From Clostridia bacterium (GTDB taxonomy: Bacteria > Bacillota > Clostridia > Oscillospirales > Acutalibacteraceae), in assembly GCA_017468425.1 (NCBI GenBank), contig JAFUIO010000020.1, forward strand, positions 93,185 through 157,184: DNA of 64,000 nucleotides. The letters are read 5' to 3'. The position numbers were made by a program, and so were the translations under genes. Below the pieces are notes generated by a model that was not told where the DNA came from, did no database searches, and worked only from the letters and a program-made list of their open reading frames with translations. Shown piece after piece: positions 10,901 to 17,988 of the stretch (position 1 is its first letter; each line of letters starts with the position of its first letter).

Positions 10901-12562
10901 AACTCAGCTTCATATGGTGGTGCAATTTCAATTGCAAGTAACGGTAAAGTAATGCTTTATGATGGTTCTGTTTACAGCAATACTGCCACTGTCAGTGGTA
11001 ATGCTGTTTATACTGAAGGTACACTGAACTTCTATTCAGGTGGCTTTATTGATGCAACAAACGATGTTTTCCTGCCGACAGGTGAAACAATTACAATGAT
11101 GGCGAAATCAGTTTATTCGTCTCCTATAGTCACGATTACACCTGAAACATATTATGATGGTGCACAGATACTTAATGGCGATTTCACAGCTATGAACTCA
11201 AATCTTTGCACAATAACACCGGAAGCTGAAACTGAGTGGCATATCAATTCAGGTGGTAGGCTTACTTCAAGTGAGATAAAATATGTTCTTAAAGCAAGTT
11301 TCTTCCAGTCTGATGATGTTCCCTATACATCTATTGAAGAAGCAATGGCTGACATAGGAGAAAATCCCGCTATTATTGAACTTCTTGACGATATTACATT
11401 AAAAGAAACTCTTTTGATTAAGAGTGATATCACTATTCAGTCAGACGGTATTGCACACACAATTTCTGCTCCTGCCGGCTTTGAAGGTCCGATGTTTAAA
11501 GTAGTTAATGGTGCAGTTCTTTCTCTCGGAAGTATCGGCGATGATTATGATTCAGACGTTCTTTATGTGAATGGTTCAAATGTAACAGCGGATACAATTA
11601 TTGATGTTCAGGACGGTATTCTCAAAGTTTATTCCGGTACTGTAATATTTGGTGCCAATAAAATAGACAGTGCGATTAAATCTGTTGATGCTATTGAAAT
11701 GTACGGCGGTAAAATTACCGAAAACGCAGTAAACGTTGGTGCTGTTCACGTAGCAGATGGTTCATTTAATTTCTTTGCAGGTACAATCTTTGATAATACA
11801 GATGTTGGCGTTTATTCGAACGGAATATTCAATATTTATGACGGAGCCGGTGTTGATGAATCAAATATTGTTTATCTGACTGACGGAAAGGTTATCAATG
11901 TTCAGGAGCCTGACCCTGTTTATGATGAAGATGGTAATGAAATCGAACAGGAATATGTTATTCCTGATAAGATTGCTACCATTGATTACGAAAAATACTA
12001 TGTTGATACTCCTGTAATCTCTACCAAAGATGATATAAGCAAATATTCAGGTAAATTCAATGTGGTTGATCCGACATATTATGTTGATGAAAATAGTGTT
12101 CTTCGTGCTGATTACCATGAACTCAAAGACAATGCGACTATAAAACTTAGTGATGATTATACATATAATCTCTCAATTAATTCTTATACTGTCAAGAGTC
12201 TTTGCCTCCAGTATAAAAATACAAATATTGCTGTTGTTAACAAGAATTCTGTTGTTAAGACAGAGGATGAAAAGGTTGGTACGGGAGATAGAGTTGTATT
12301 GCTCGATTCAAGCGGTACTGTATACAGAGAGTTGTCTGTTGTAATTTACGGTGACGCAGATGGCGATGGTGACGTTAATGCCAACGACTCATTTGTTACA
12401 AAAATGTATGTTTACGGTTGGTTTAAAGACGATCAGTTTACAGCCGCACAACTTGAGGCGATGGATGTAAACCACGACGGAGTTGTTGATGAAATCGATG
12501 CTCTCATTATGGAAGATGTAGGTATTGGTACAGGCGTAATTGTACAGACACGTGTGTTTTAG
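7904..12562 (+). CDS. Large secreted protein: two tandem GLUG-repeat modules, Pmp-like (GGAIY) beta-helix repeats, C-terminal type-I dockerin
   Basis: GGAGG RBS then ATG 7904. Signal peptide MKSVKFKKIIVCILALIMAMSTTSVVSLAA. Many VGGI(A/V)G repeats and GGAIY/GGVIY/GGVLF repeats. The ORF-track start at 7727 would run through the terminator and an AT-rich promoter region. Confidence 0.8.
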   Translation: MKSVKFKKIIVCILALIMAMSTTSVVSLAADIWSGGISQVIPAQTNDGFYLIQTAEDLAWFASQVNGDAGNATMKARLVNDIYLNDVENLENPKSWTPIGNYSENGRVFSGIIDGKGFTIYGLVIDNTKNYQGLCGYLENGQVKNLNLVSTYVYAEKFVGAVCGYANNMSSITQVVVTDGHIVGGEDVGGIAGYLKGSGNISFCGFAGDINARGVRVGGIVGCSFDESTISQSYNLGTVYSSTKFVGGIAGTNSASKIISCYNRGKVSGDFRVGGIVGNNVGDIASCYNASEVESISDPPGLTGAIAAYYYMSNITECYYDAELFTGKEDNGLPMASDEMKRHGFIAVLNSSAGNFYFDYLLKNNGYPIMSWQADQNLWDGSVKEPKKSTDGNYYLINNGRELAWFAGLVNGTLEGVPQNTAANAMLLNSIVLNVGNLGEDSNIWTPIGSEFSEYTGEFSGNGFSIRGMYIPEGDVVGLFGATSATAEITDLTITESVINGGNAVAPVVGVNFGTIRGIKVIYSTVNGVENVGGIVGENGNFGQITESSSIYSDITGENNVGGIVGYALIDSVIETCCSYNDVAGQQAVGGVVGETEANISRSFNAGSVVADDTYAGGVAGRISGGAIVSNCYNTGSVSAASRAGGIAGQLRQQSTIDCTYSIGNVLGIDGSTDNINAILGNLVNGTITNSYFDKERYAVTDSYATGLRTKQMTGSGAMSNLSGFSHEYWVPTADTEFFVNYPQLDTFNSSADYDLYDISVESVQYLKEGLVCKVIGVNETSYYKTLAEAAAKIGAGSGIVEVMADLTVGSEVVIEGNVTIIPSGENIKVTRVKHYFGQVFTVKDGGVLNFGADDDTYATLTIDGNNVTDITNSNFASSLVTVEDGGTFNCYDINTYNNTALNGGFVYNQGTTNFYGGTITDGTAIQAGGVIYNKGDMNIYAVEMSNNSAKLAGGVLFSAGGVVNVETGADIHNNTSGEGGAIYAGGGTVNVRGGSIYLNSASYGGAISIASNGKVMLYDGSVYSNTATVSGNAVYTEGTLNFYSGGFIDATNDVFLPTGETITMMAKSVYSSPIVTITPETYYDGAQILNGDFTAMNSNLCTITPEAETEWHINSGGRLTSSEIKYVLKASFFQSDDVPYTSIEEAMADIGENPAIIELLDDITLKETLLIKSDITIQSDGIAHTISAPAGFEGPMFKVVNGAVLSLGSIGDDYDSDVLYVNGSNVTADTIIDVQDGILKVYSGTVIFGANKIDSAIKSVDAIEMYGGKITENAVNVGAVHVADGSFNFFAGTIFDNTDVGVYSNGIFNIYDGAGVDESNIVYLTDGKVINVQEPDPVYDEDGNEIEQEYVIPDKIATIDYEKYYVDTPVISTKDDISKYSGKFNVVDPTYYVDENSVLRADYHELKDNATIKLSDDYTYNLSINSYTVKSLCLQYKNTNIAVVNKNSVVKTEDEKVGTGDRVVLLDSSGTVYRELSVVIYGDADGDGDVNANDSFVTKMYVYGWFKDDQFTAAQLEAMDVNHDGVVDEIDALIMEDVGIGTGVIVQTRVF
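12350..12520 (+). other. Type-I dockerin module (two Ca-binding loop-helix repeats)
   Basis: GDADGDGDVNANDSFVTKMY ... MDVNHDGVVDEIDALIMEDV. Confidence 0.8.
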
Positions 12563-12567
12563 TTCTG

Positions 12568-12597
12568 AACTCCCTTGAGTTAGCTCAGGGGAGTTTT
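12568..12597 (+). terminator. Rho-independent terminator
   Basis: AACTCCCTTGAG / CTCAGGGGAGTT stem followed by a T-run. Confidence 0.7.
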
Positions 12598-12653
12598 GTG
12601 CTTGTAAAATTAATTAATGTTATTACGATAATATATAGGTTGCGAGGGGAGTT

Positions 12654-13067
12654 ATGTTGAAAATTAAAATATTACGGTTTTTCTCAGTTTTGTTATCTGT
12701 TCTGATGTTGTTTACGATAGGGCTTAATGCTTCTGCCGCTAAAGTAAGTGATAAAGCAAAAGTAGAAAAAGTTGAAATTGAAGATATGACAGTTCGTTAC
12801 AGAGGCAAACAAGGTGTTAATGTAACTCTCCACACAACAGATAAGAACCTTGGATACAAGGTTGAATATTTCTCATCTGATGAGAATATCTTTACTGTAG
12901 ACGAAGAAGGATATGTTATAGCAGGTGAAAGAGGAACTGCTGAAATTACAATAAAAGTTACGGATGACAATGGTAATGTGGTTACAGATACGGCTCAGGT
13001 AACTGTTAAATTCAGTTCACGTCAATGGGTGATATATATTTTCCTTTTCGGATGGATATGGTATTAA
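12654..13067 (+). CDS. Small secreted Big_2 (bacterial Ig-like) domain protein with an aromatic hydrophobic C-terminal tail
   Basis: Signal peptide ending NASAA. FSSDENIFTVDEEGYVIAGERGTAEITIKVTD is Big_2-like. Tail is WVIYIFLFGWIWY. Confidence 0.6.
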   Translation: MLKIKILRFFSVLLSVLMLFTIGLNASAAKVSDKAKVEKVEIEDMTVRYRGKQGVNVTLHTTDKNLGYKVEYFSSDENIFTVDEEGYVIAGERGTAEITIKVTDDNGNVVTDTAQVTVKFSSRQWVIYIFLFGWIWY

Positions 13068-13078
13068 TTTGATTTTAA

Positions 13079-13105
13079 GGCACTCTTGCAAAAGAGTGTC
13101 TTTTT
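13079..13105 (+). terminator. Rho-independent terminator
   Basis: CACTCTT / AAGAGTG stem followed by TTTTT. Confidence 0.6.
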
Positions 13106-13134
13106 ATAGTTCTATATGTTGAATAGTACATTTA

Positions 13135-13150
13135 TTACTATATCTTGTGT
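13135..13150. promoter_or_regulatory. NrdR box A
   Basis: TTACTATATCTTGTGT matches about 13 of 16 positions of the NrdR-box consensus acaCwAtATaTwGtgt (consensus from memory). Confidence 0.6.
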
Positions 13151-13156
13151 TTTTTA

Positions 13157-13172
13157 AAACTATATCTTGTAT
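13157..13172. promoter_or_regulatory. NrdR box B
   Basis: AAACTATATCTTGTAT, followed by a partial reiteration ATCTTGTGT. Confidence 0.5.
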
Positions 13173-13206
13173 CTTGTGTTAATTTTCTCCATAATTATAC
13201 TGTGAA

Positions 13207-13222
13207 ATACTATATCTTGTGG
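13207..13222. promoter_or_regulatory. NrdR box C
   Basis: ATACTATATCTTGTGG. Confidence 0.55.
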
Positions 13223-13352
13223 TATAAAGAAATTTATCGTTAAATGTCGTAAAACCTTGATGTTATGCGGTTTTTTACTGCATTTATATAAGAAAATCGG
13301 TTGTATAAATATTCAGAAACAATACAATATTTAGAAAGTAGCGAAAAAATAA

Positions 13353-13368
13353 CTACAAGATATTGTGT
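13353..13368. promoter_or_regulatory. NrdR box D (promoter-proximal)
   Basis: CTACAAGATATTGTGT; its reverse complement ACACAATATCTTGTAG matches about 13 of 16 consensus positions. Confidence 0.65.
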
Positions 13369-13376
13369 AAAATCTA

Positions 13377-13405
13377 TTGACAATTATAATATCTTGTGAT
13401 ATTAT
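13377..13405 (+). promoter_or_regulatory. nrdD promoter
   Basis: TTGACA (13377-13382), 17-nt spacer, TATTAT (13400-13405). Confidence 0.55.
13384..13399. promoter_or_regulatory. NrdR box E (inside the promoter spacer)
   Basis: TTATAATATCTTGTGA. Its centre is 31 bp from box D, the canonical spacing for tandem boxes. Confidence 0.6.
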
Positions 13406-13459
13406 AATCCAGCAATGTAGAAATAAAATAAGAAAATATTAAGTAATGGAGGAAGTAAT

Positions 13460-15826
13460 ATGTATCGCGTACAGAAAAGAGACGGCAAAATTGTAGATTT
13501 TGACATTATCAAAATCGCTAATGCGATTAAACAGGCATTTGAATCATGCGAAAAAGAGTATAACGACAGTGTAATTGATTTCCTTGCTCTCAAGGTTACT
13601 GCAGACTTTGAACCCAAAATCAAAGATTCACTTATTACAGTTGAAAACATCCAGGACAGTGTTGAATCTGTTCTTGTTCAGGCAGGCTATGCAGATGTTT
13701 CAAAATCATATATTCTTTACAGAAAACAGCGTGAAAAACTTCGTAATATCAAAGGCACACTCCTTGACTATAAAGATCTCGTTGATAACTATGTTAATGT
13801 TAATGACTGGCGTGTTAAGGAAAACTCAACCGTTACATATTCTGTAGGCGGTCTTATCCTTTCAAACTCAGGTGCTATTACTGCTAACTACTGGCTTTCA
13901 GAAATTTACGACAAAGAAATTGCTGATGCACACAGAAACGCAGATATCCACCTTCATGACCTTTCTATGCTTACAGGTTACTGTGCAGGTTGGTCACTCA
14001 AACAGCTTATTAAAGAAGGTCTCGGCGGTGTAACAGGTAAAATTACATCTGCACCCGCAAAACACCTTGCAACACTCTGCAATCAGATGGTTAACTTCCT
14101 CGGCATTATGCAGAACGAATGGGCAGGTGCACAGGCTTTCTCGTCATTCGATACTTATCTTGCTCCCTTTGTAAAGGCTGACAACTTGTCATACGAGCAG
14201 GTTAAAAAATGCATTGAATCATTTATTTACGGTGTAAATACTCCTTCACGTTGGGGTACTCAGGCTCCGTTCTCAAACATCACTCTTGACTGGACTGTTC
14301 CCAATGACCTTGCAGAACTCAATGCAATCGTTGGCGGTAAAGAACAGGACTTCAAGTATAAAGATTGTAAAAAAGAAATGGATATGGTTAACCGTGCATT
14401 CATTGAAATTATGATTGAAGGCGATGCTCACGGCAGAGGTTTCCAGTATCCCATTCCCACATACTCAATCACAAGTGATTTTGACTGGTCAGAAACAGAG
14501 AACAATAAACTTCTCTTCGAAATGACATCAAAATACGGCACACCTTACTTCTCAAACTATATCAACAGTGATATGGAACCCAGTGACGTAAGAAGTATGT
14601 GCTGCAGACTCCGTCTTGACCTCAGAGAACTCCGTAAAAAATCAGGCGGTTTCTTCGGCAGTGGTGAAAGCACAGGTTCAATCGGCGTTGTTACAATCAA
14701 TATGCCCAGAATCGCTTACCTTGCAAAAGATGAAGCAGATTTCTACAAACGTCTTGACAGAATGATGGATATTTCTGCTCGTTCACTTCATATCAAGAGA
14801 ACTGTTATCACAAAACTTCTCAATGAAGGTCTCTATCCCTACACAAAACGTTACCTCGGTACATTTGAAAACCACTTCTCAACAATCGGTCTTGTTGGTA
14901 TGAACGAAGTTGGTCTCAATGCTAACTGGCTCGGTAAAGATATGACTCACGAAGAAACACAGATTTTCTCACAGCAGGTTCTTGACCATATGAGAGAAAA
15001 ACTTTCAGACTATCAGGAAATGTACGGTGACCTTTACAACCTTGAAGCAACACCTGCAGAGTCAACATCTTACAGACTTGCTAAACACGACCTTAAGAGA
15101 TATCCCGATATTAAAACTGCTTCAGAAAAATGTGACGAAACACCTTACTATACAAACAGTTCACATCTTCCTGTTGGTTACACAGAAGACATCTTTGAAG
15201 CTCTTGATATTCAGGATGAACTTCAGACAAGATACACATCAGGTACTGTTTTCCACGCATATATCGGTGAAAAAATGCCTGACTGGAAATCTGCTGCAAA
15301 CCTTGTTCGCAAAATTGCAGAAAACTACAAACTGCCTTATTATTCAATTTCTCCCACATACTCAGTATGTAAGAGCCACGGATATATCGCAGGCGAACAC
15401 TTCACTTGCCCCGAATGCGGTGAATCAGCAGAAGTTTACAGCCGTATCACAGGTTACTATCGTCCCGTTCAGAACTGGAATGACGGTAAACTCCAGGAAT
15501 ACAAACACCGTAAGCTTTACGATGTAATGAATTCAAAAATTTCTGAAAAAGCTGAAGTTTGTGAATGTGAAACTGCAGAAGTTGCAGAAACAAACATTTC
15601 AAACAGAACAATCCTTTTCACAACAGCAACTTGCCCCAACTGCCAGGCAGCAGTATCTTTCCTCAACAAAGCAAATGTTGAATTTGAGAAAGTAATTGCA
15701 GAAGAAAATGCCGACCTTGCAAAAGAACTCGGTATCAAACAGGCTCCCACATTAGTAGTTGTTGATGAAAACGGTGTGGCAAAATATCAGGGCGTTTCTG
15801 ATATTAAAAAGTTTATTAAAGCATAA
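13460..15826 (+). CDS. nrdD: Anaerobic (class III) ribonucleoside-triphosphate reductase with a fused C-terminal glutaredoxin-like domain
   Basis: N-terminal ATP-cone (VQKRDGKIVDFD). Finger-loop SMCCRL. Zn site CKSHG...CPECG. Glycyl-radical motif RITGYYRP (G665, 15452-15454). GGAGG RBS. Confidence 0.9.
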   Translation: MYRVQKRDGKIVDFDIIKIANAIKQAFESCEKEYNDSVIDFLALKVTADFEPKIKDSLITVENIQDSVESVLVQAGYADVSKSYILYRKQREKLRNIKGTLLDYKDLVDNYVNVNDWRVKENSTVTYSVGGLILSNSGAITANYWLSEIYDKEIADAHRNADIHLHDLSMLTGYCAGWSLKQLIKEGLGGVTGKITSAPAKHLATLCNQMVNFLGIMQNEWAGAQAFSSFDTYLAPFVKADNLSYEQVKKCIESFIYGVNTPSRWGTQAPFSNITLDWTVPNDLAELNAIVGGKEQDFKYKDCKKEMDMVNRAFIEIMIEGDAHGRGFQYPIPTYSITSDFDWSETENNKLLFEMTSKYGTPYFSNYINSDMEPSDVRSMCCRLRLDLRELRKKSGGFFGSGESTGSIGVVTINMPRIAYLAKDEADFYKRLDRMMDISARSLHIKRTVITKLLNEGLYPYTKRYLGTFENHFSTIGLVGMNEVGLNANWLGKDMTHEETQIFSQQVLDHMREKLSDYQEMYGDLYNLEATPAESTSYRLAKHDLKRYPDIKTASEKCDETPYYTNSSHLPVGYTEDIFEALDIQDELQTRYTSGTVFHAYIGEKMPDWKSAANLVRKIAENYKLPYYSISPTYSVCKSHGYIAGEHFTCPECGESAEVYSRITGYYRPVQNWNDGKLQEYKHRKLYDVMNSKISEKAEVCECETAEVAETNISNRTILFTTATCPNCQAAVSFLNKANVEFEKVIAEENADLAKELGIKQAPTLVVVDENGVAKYQGVSDIKKFIKA
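15605..15823 (+). other. Glutaredoxin/NrdH-like thioredoxin-fold domain at the NrdD C-terminus
   Basis: RTILFTTATCPNCQAAVSFLNKANVEFEKV...APTLVVVDENG. CPNC is encoded at 15632-15643. Confidence 0.75.
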
Positions 15827-15871
15827 TTTATTTGCTTTTAATAGTTTAGCCTTACTAACAAAAAGGAACTG

Positions 15872-15899
15872 CCGGAAGTCGTACAGACTTTCGGTTTTT
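15872..15899 (+). terminator. Rho-independent terminator after nrdD
   Basis: CCGGAAGTC / GACTTTCGG stem followed by TTTTT. Confidence 0.7.
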
Positions 15900-15907
15900 C
15901 CTTTTAT

Positions 15908-15936
15908 TTGACAAAAAATTATTTATATGCTATTCT
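15908..15936 (+). promoter_or_regulatory. Promoter of the macro-domain gene
   Basis: TTGACA (15908-15913) and extended -10 TGcTATTCT (15928-15936). This implies a very short leader. Confidence 0.5.
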
Positions 15937-15952
15937 CGGAATGGTGATGAAT

Positions 15953-17044
15953 ATGCCTTTAAAGATAATAAGACAAGATATTACAAAAATTGAATGTGAT
16001 GCAATAGTAAACGCTGCAAACAAAACTCTGCTTGGCGGCGGGGGAGTAGATGGTGCAATTCACGATGCCGCCGGCCATGATTTGCTCGAAGAATGCAGAA
16101 CTTTAGGTGGTTGCAGAACAGGTCAGGCTAAAATAACAAAAGGGTACAGACTTCCTTGTAAATATATTATTCACACAGTAGGGCCTGTATGGAAAGGCGG
16201 TCTTTTAGGTGAGAAAAAACTTCTGTATTCGTGCTATGTTGAAAGTCTGAAGCTTGCAAAACAGAATAACTGTAAGTCTGTTGCCTTTCCGCTTATTTCA
16301 GCAGGTGCGTACGGATACCCGAAAGATAAAGCGTTTCAGGTAGCTATGGATGCCATCAGTTCGTTTTTGTTCGAAAACGATATGGAAGTTTTTATTGTGG
16401 TTTATGATAAATCGTCATTTGGTATAAGCGAAAAGCTGTTTAAAGATATCAAATCTTATATTGATGACAGATACGTTGATGATAGAAGTTATTATGCGAG
16501 AAACCGTACTATTGGGCTGGAACCTGATGATATGGATTTGTCGGCATCTGTAATTTCCTTCGAAGAAACGGAATTATATAATCTGTCTGATAATGCTATA
16601 GCTGACGCTTCATATACCCAGAGTGCACCGCCAATGCCGATGGCAAGTAAGTGCTGCAGCACTCCGCAGGATAAAAAATCTCTGAAAGACGCGTTGGGTC
16701 AGATTGATGAAAGCTTTTCGCAGATGCTTCTGCGCAAAATCGATGAAAAAGGTATGACTGATGCACAGTGCTACAAAAAAGCGAATATAGACCGCAAACT
16801 GTTTTCTAAAATACGTAAGGATATTAATTACAAGCCGAAGAAAACAACGGCCATTGCCTTTGCAGTTGCTCTTGAATTGTCGCTTGAAGAAACAAAAGAT
16901 ATGCTCATGAAAGCAGGTTTCGCCCTTTCACACAGCAATAAATTTGATATAATCATTGAGTATTTTATAGTCAATAAAAACTATAACATTTTCGAAATAA
17001 ACGAAGCACTCTTTGAATTCGACCAATGTTTATTAGGTGCTTGA
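15953..17044 (+). CDS. Macro-domain protein (ADP-ribose / O-acetyl-ADP-ribose hydrolase-like) with a C-terminal HTH-like domain
   Basis: [33 protein letters not shown] and [12 protein letters not shown] macro motifs. C-terminal [23 protein letters not shown] is a helix-turn-helix-like segment. Start is uncertain (ATG 15941, 15947 or 15953). Confidence 0.75.
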   Translation: MPLKIIRQDITKIECDAIVNAANKTLLGGGGVDGAIHDAAGHDLLEECRTLGGCRTGQAKITKGYRLPCKYIIHTVGPVWKGGLLGEKKLLYSCYVESLKLAKQNNCKSVAFPLISAGAYGYPKDKAFQVAMDAISSFLFENDMEVFIVVYDKSSFGISEKLFKDIKSYIDDRYVDDRSYYARNRTIGLEPDDMDLSASVISFEETELYNLSDNAIADASYTQSAPPMPMASKCCSTPQDKKSLKDALGQIDESFSQMLLRKIDEKGMTDAQCYKKANIDRKLFSKIRKDINYKPKKTTAIAFAVALELSLEETKDMLMKAGFALSHSNKFDIIIEYFIVNKNYNIFEINEALFEFDQCLLGA

Positions 17045-17089
17045 TTTTGTCGCTTTTCAAGCGACCATACTGCAATTAAATATCTTTAT

Positions 17090-17136
17090 AATATAGTCGT
17101 AAGGTGAAAACATCTTAGCGACTATATTATTTTTTT
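17090..17136 (+). terminator. Hairpin plus T-run between the macro and vWA genes (possible partial terminator)
   Basis: Perfect 10-bp stem AATATAGTCG / CGACTATATT, 19-nt loop, then TTTTTTT running directly into the vWA RBS GGAGG. Confidence 0.55.
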
Positions 17137-17149
17137 GGAGGTATTTGAA

Positions 17150-17773
17150 ATGAAAAACAACACAACAGAAATGGTATTTATCCTTGACAGAAGCGGCTCA
17201 ATGTACGGTCTTGAAAAAGATACAATCGGCGGATTCAATTCTCTCATAGAAAAACAGAAATTGATTGACGGCAAATGTTATGTATCAACAGTTCTTTTTG
17301 ACGATAAGAGTAAAGTAATTCACGACAGAATTGATTTAAGAAAAGTTCCGCAGATGACAGAAAAAGACTATTATGTGCAGGGCTGCACTGCACTGCTTGA
17401 TGCAGTTGGCGGTGCAATTCATCACATCGGCAATATTCACAAATACGCAAGACCTGAAGATGTACCTGAAAAAACAATGTTTGTTATCATCACAGACGGT
17501 ATGGAAAACGCAAGCCACTTATACAGTTCACATGATGTAAAGCGTATGATAGGCAAGCAGAAAGAAAAATACGGCTGGGAATTTCTTTTTATCGGCGCCA
17601 ATATCGATGCTGCCTGTGAAGCTGAAAAAATAGGCATTGACAGAAACCGTGCTGCTAATTACACTGCCTCTCCCAAATGTACTGCAAACCTGTATAATGT
17701 TGTTGAGAGAGCTGTCGGAAATTACAGAACAAGTGCGTGTTTCAATGAAAGCTGGTCGGATGATATCAGGTAA
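17150..17773 (+). CDS. Stand-alone cytoplasmic von Willebrand factor A (vWA) domain protein
   Basis: Intact MIDAS residues: DRSGS, GCTAL, ITDGMEN. No signal peptide. GGAGG RBS before ATG 17150. Confidence 0.75.
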   Translation: MKNNTTEMVFILDRSGSMYGLEKDTIGGFNSLIEKQKLIDGKCYVSTVLFDDKSKVIHDRIDLRKVPQMTEKDYYVQGCTALLDAVGGAIHHIGNIHKYARPEDVPEKTMFVIITDGMENASHLYSSHDVKRMIGKQKEKYGWEFLFIGANIDAACEAEKIGIDRNRAANYTASPKCTANLYNVVERAVGNYRTSACFNESWSDDIR

Positions 17774-17848
17774 AAACGATGGCTGAAAATCATCAGGAAA
17801 AAATGTGTAACAAAACAGTGAAAAATGTTTGCGAAATCGTTAATTTTA

Positions 17849-17877
17849 TTGACAAACAAACCTTAATTTGATATAAT
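17849..17877 (+). promoter_or_regulatory. pyr operon promoter
   Basis: Perfect TTGACA, 17-nt spacer, TATAAT. Confidence 0.7.
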
Positions 17878-17945
17878 AAAGAAAATCTTATGGCTTTGAT
17901 TTGCCGAGGGATTGAAAATATATTAAATTTGTTTGTATTTTTTGT

Positions 17946-17974
17946 ATCCCTGTCTTTCCGACAGGGATTTTTTT
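17946..17974 (+). terminator. Leader terminator (attenuator) upstream of pyrC
   Basis: ATCCCTGTC / GACAGGGAT 9-bp stem, 5-nt loop, TTTTTT. It lies between the promoter and the pyrC RBS. Confidence 0.7.
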
Positions 17975-17988
17975 AGGGAGAATGAAAA

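Noticed and set aside
13135-13222. Short direct repeats (ACTATATCTTGT, three copies), considered as a mini CRISPR-like or MITE-like repeat array.
   Set aside because: The units are only 12-16 bp with irregular 22/50-bp spacing, and there are no cas genes. The sequence matches the NrdR operator consensus and lies upstream of nrdD.
15908-15952. TTG 15908 as the start of the macro-domain gene.
   Set aside because: The TTG is the first half of a TTGACA -35 element paired with an extended -10. The macro-domain homology begins at about [12 protein letters not shown].
17901-17914. TTGCCGAGGGATTG, considered as a PyrR binding loop.
   Set aside because: It is a poor match to the remembered UCCAGAGAGG core, and no supporting stem is evident. 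It is retained only as a possible antiterminator strand.
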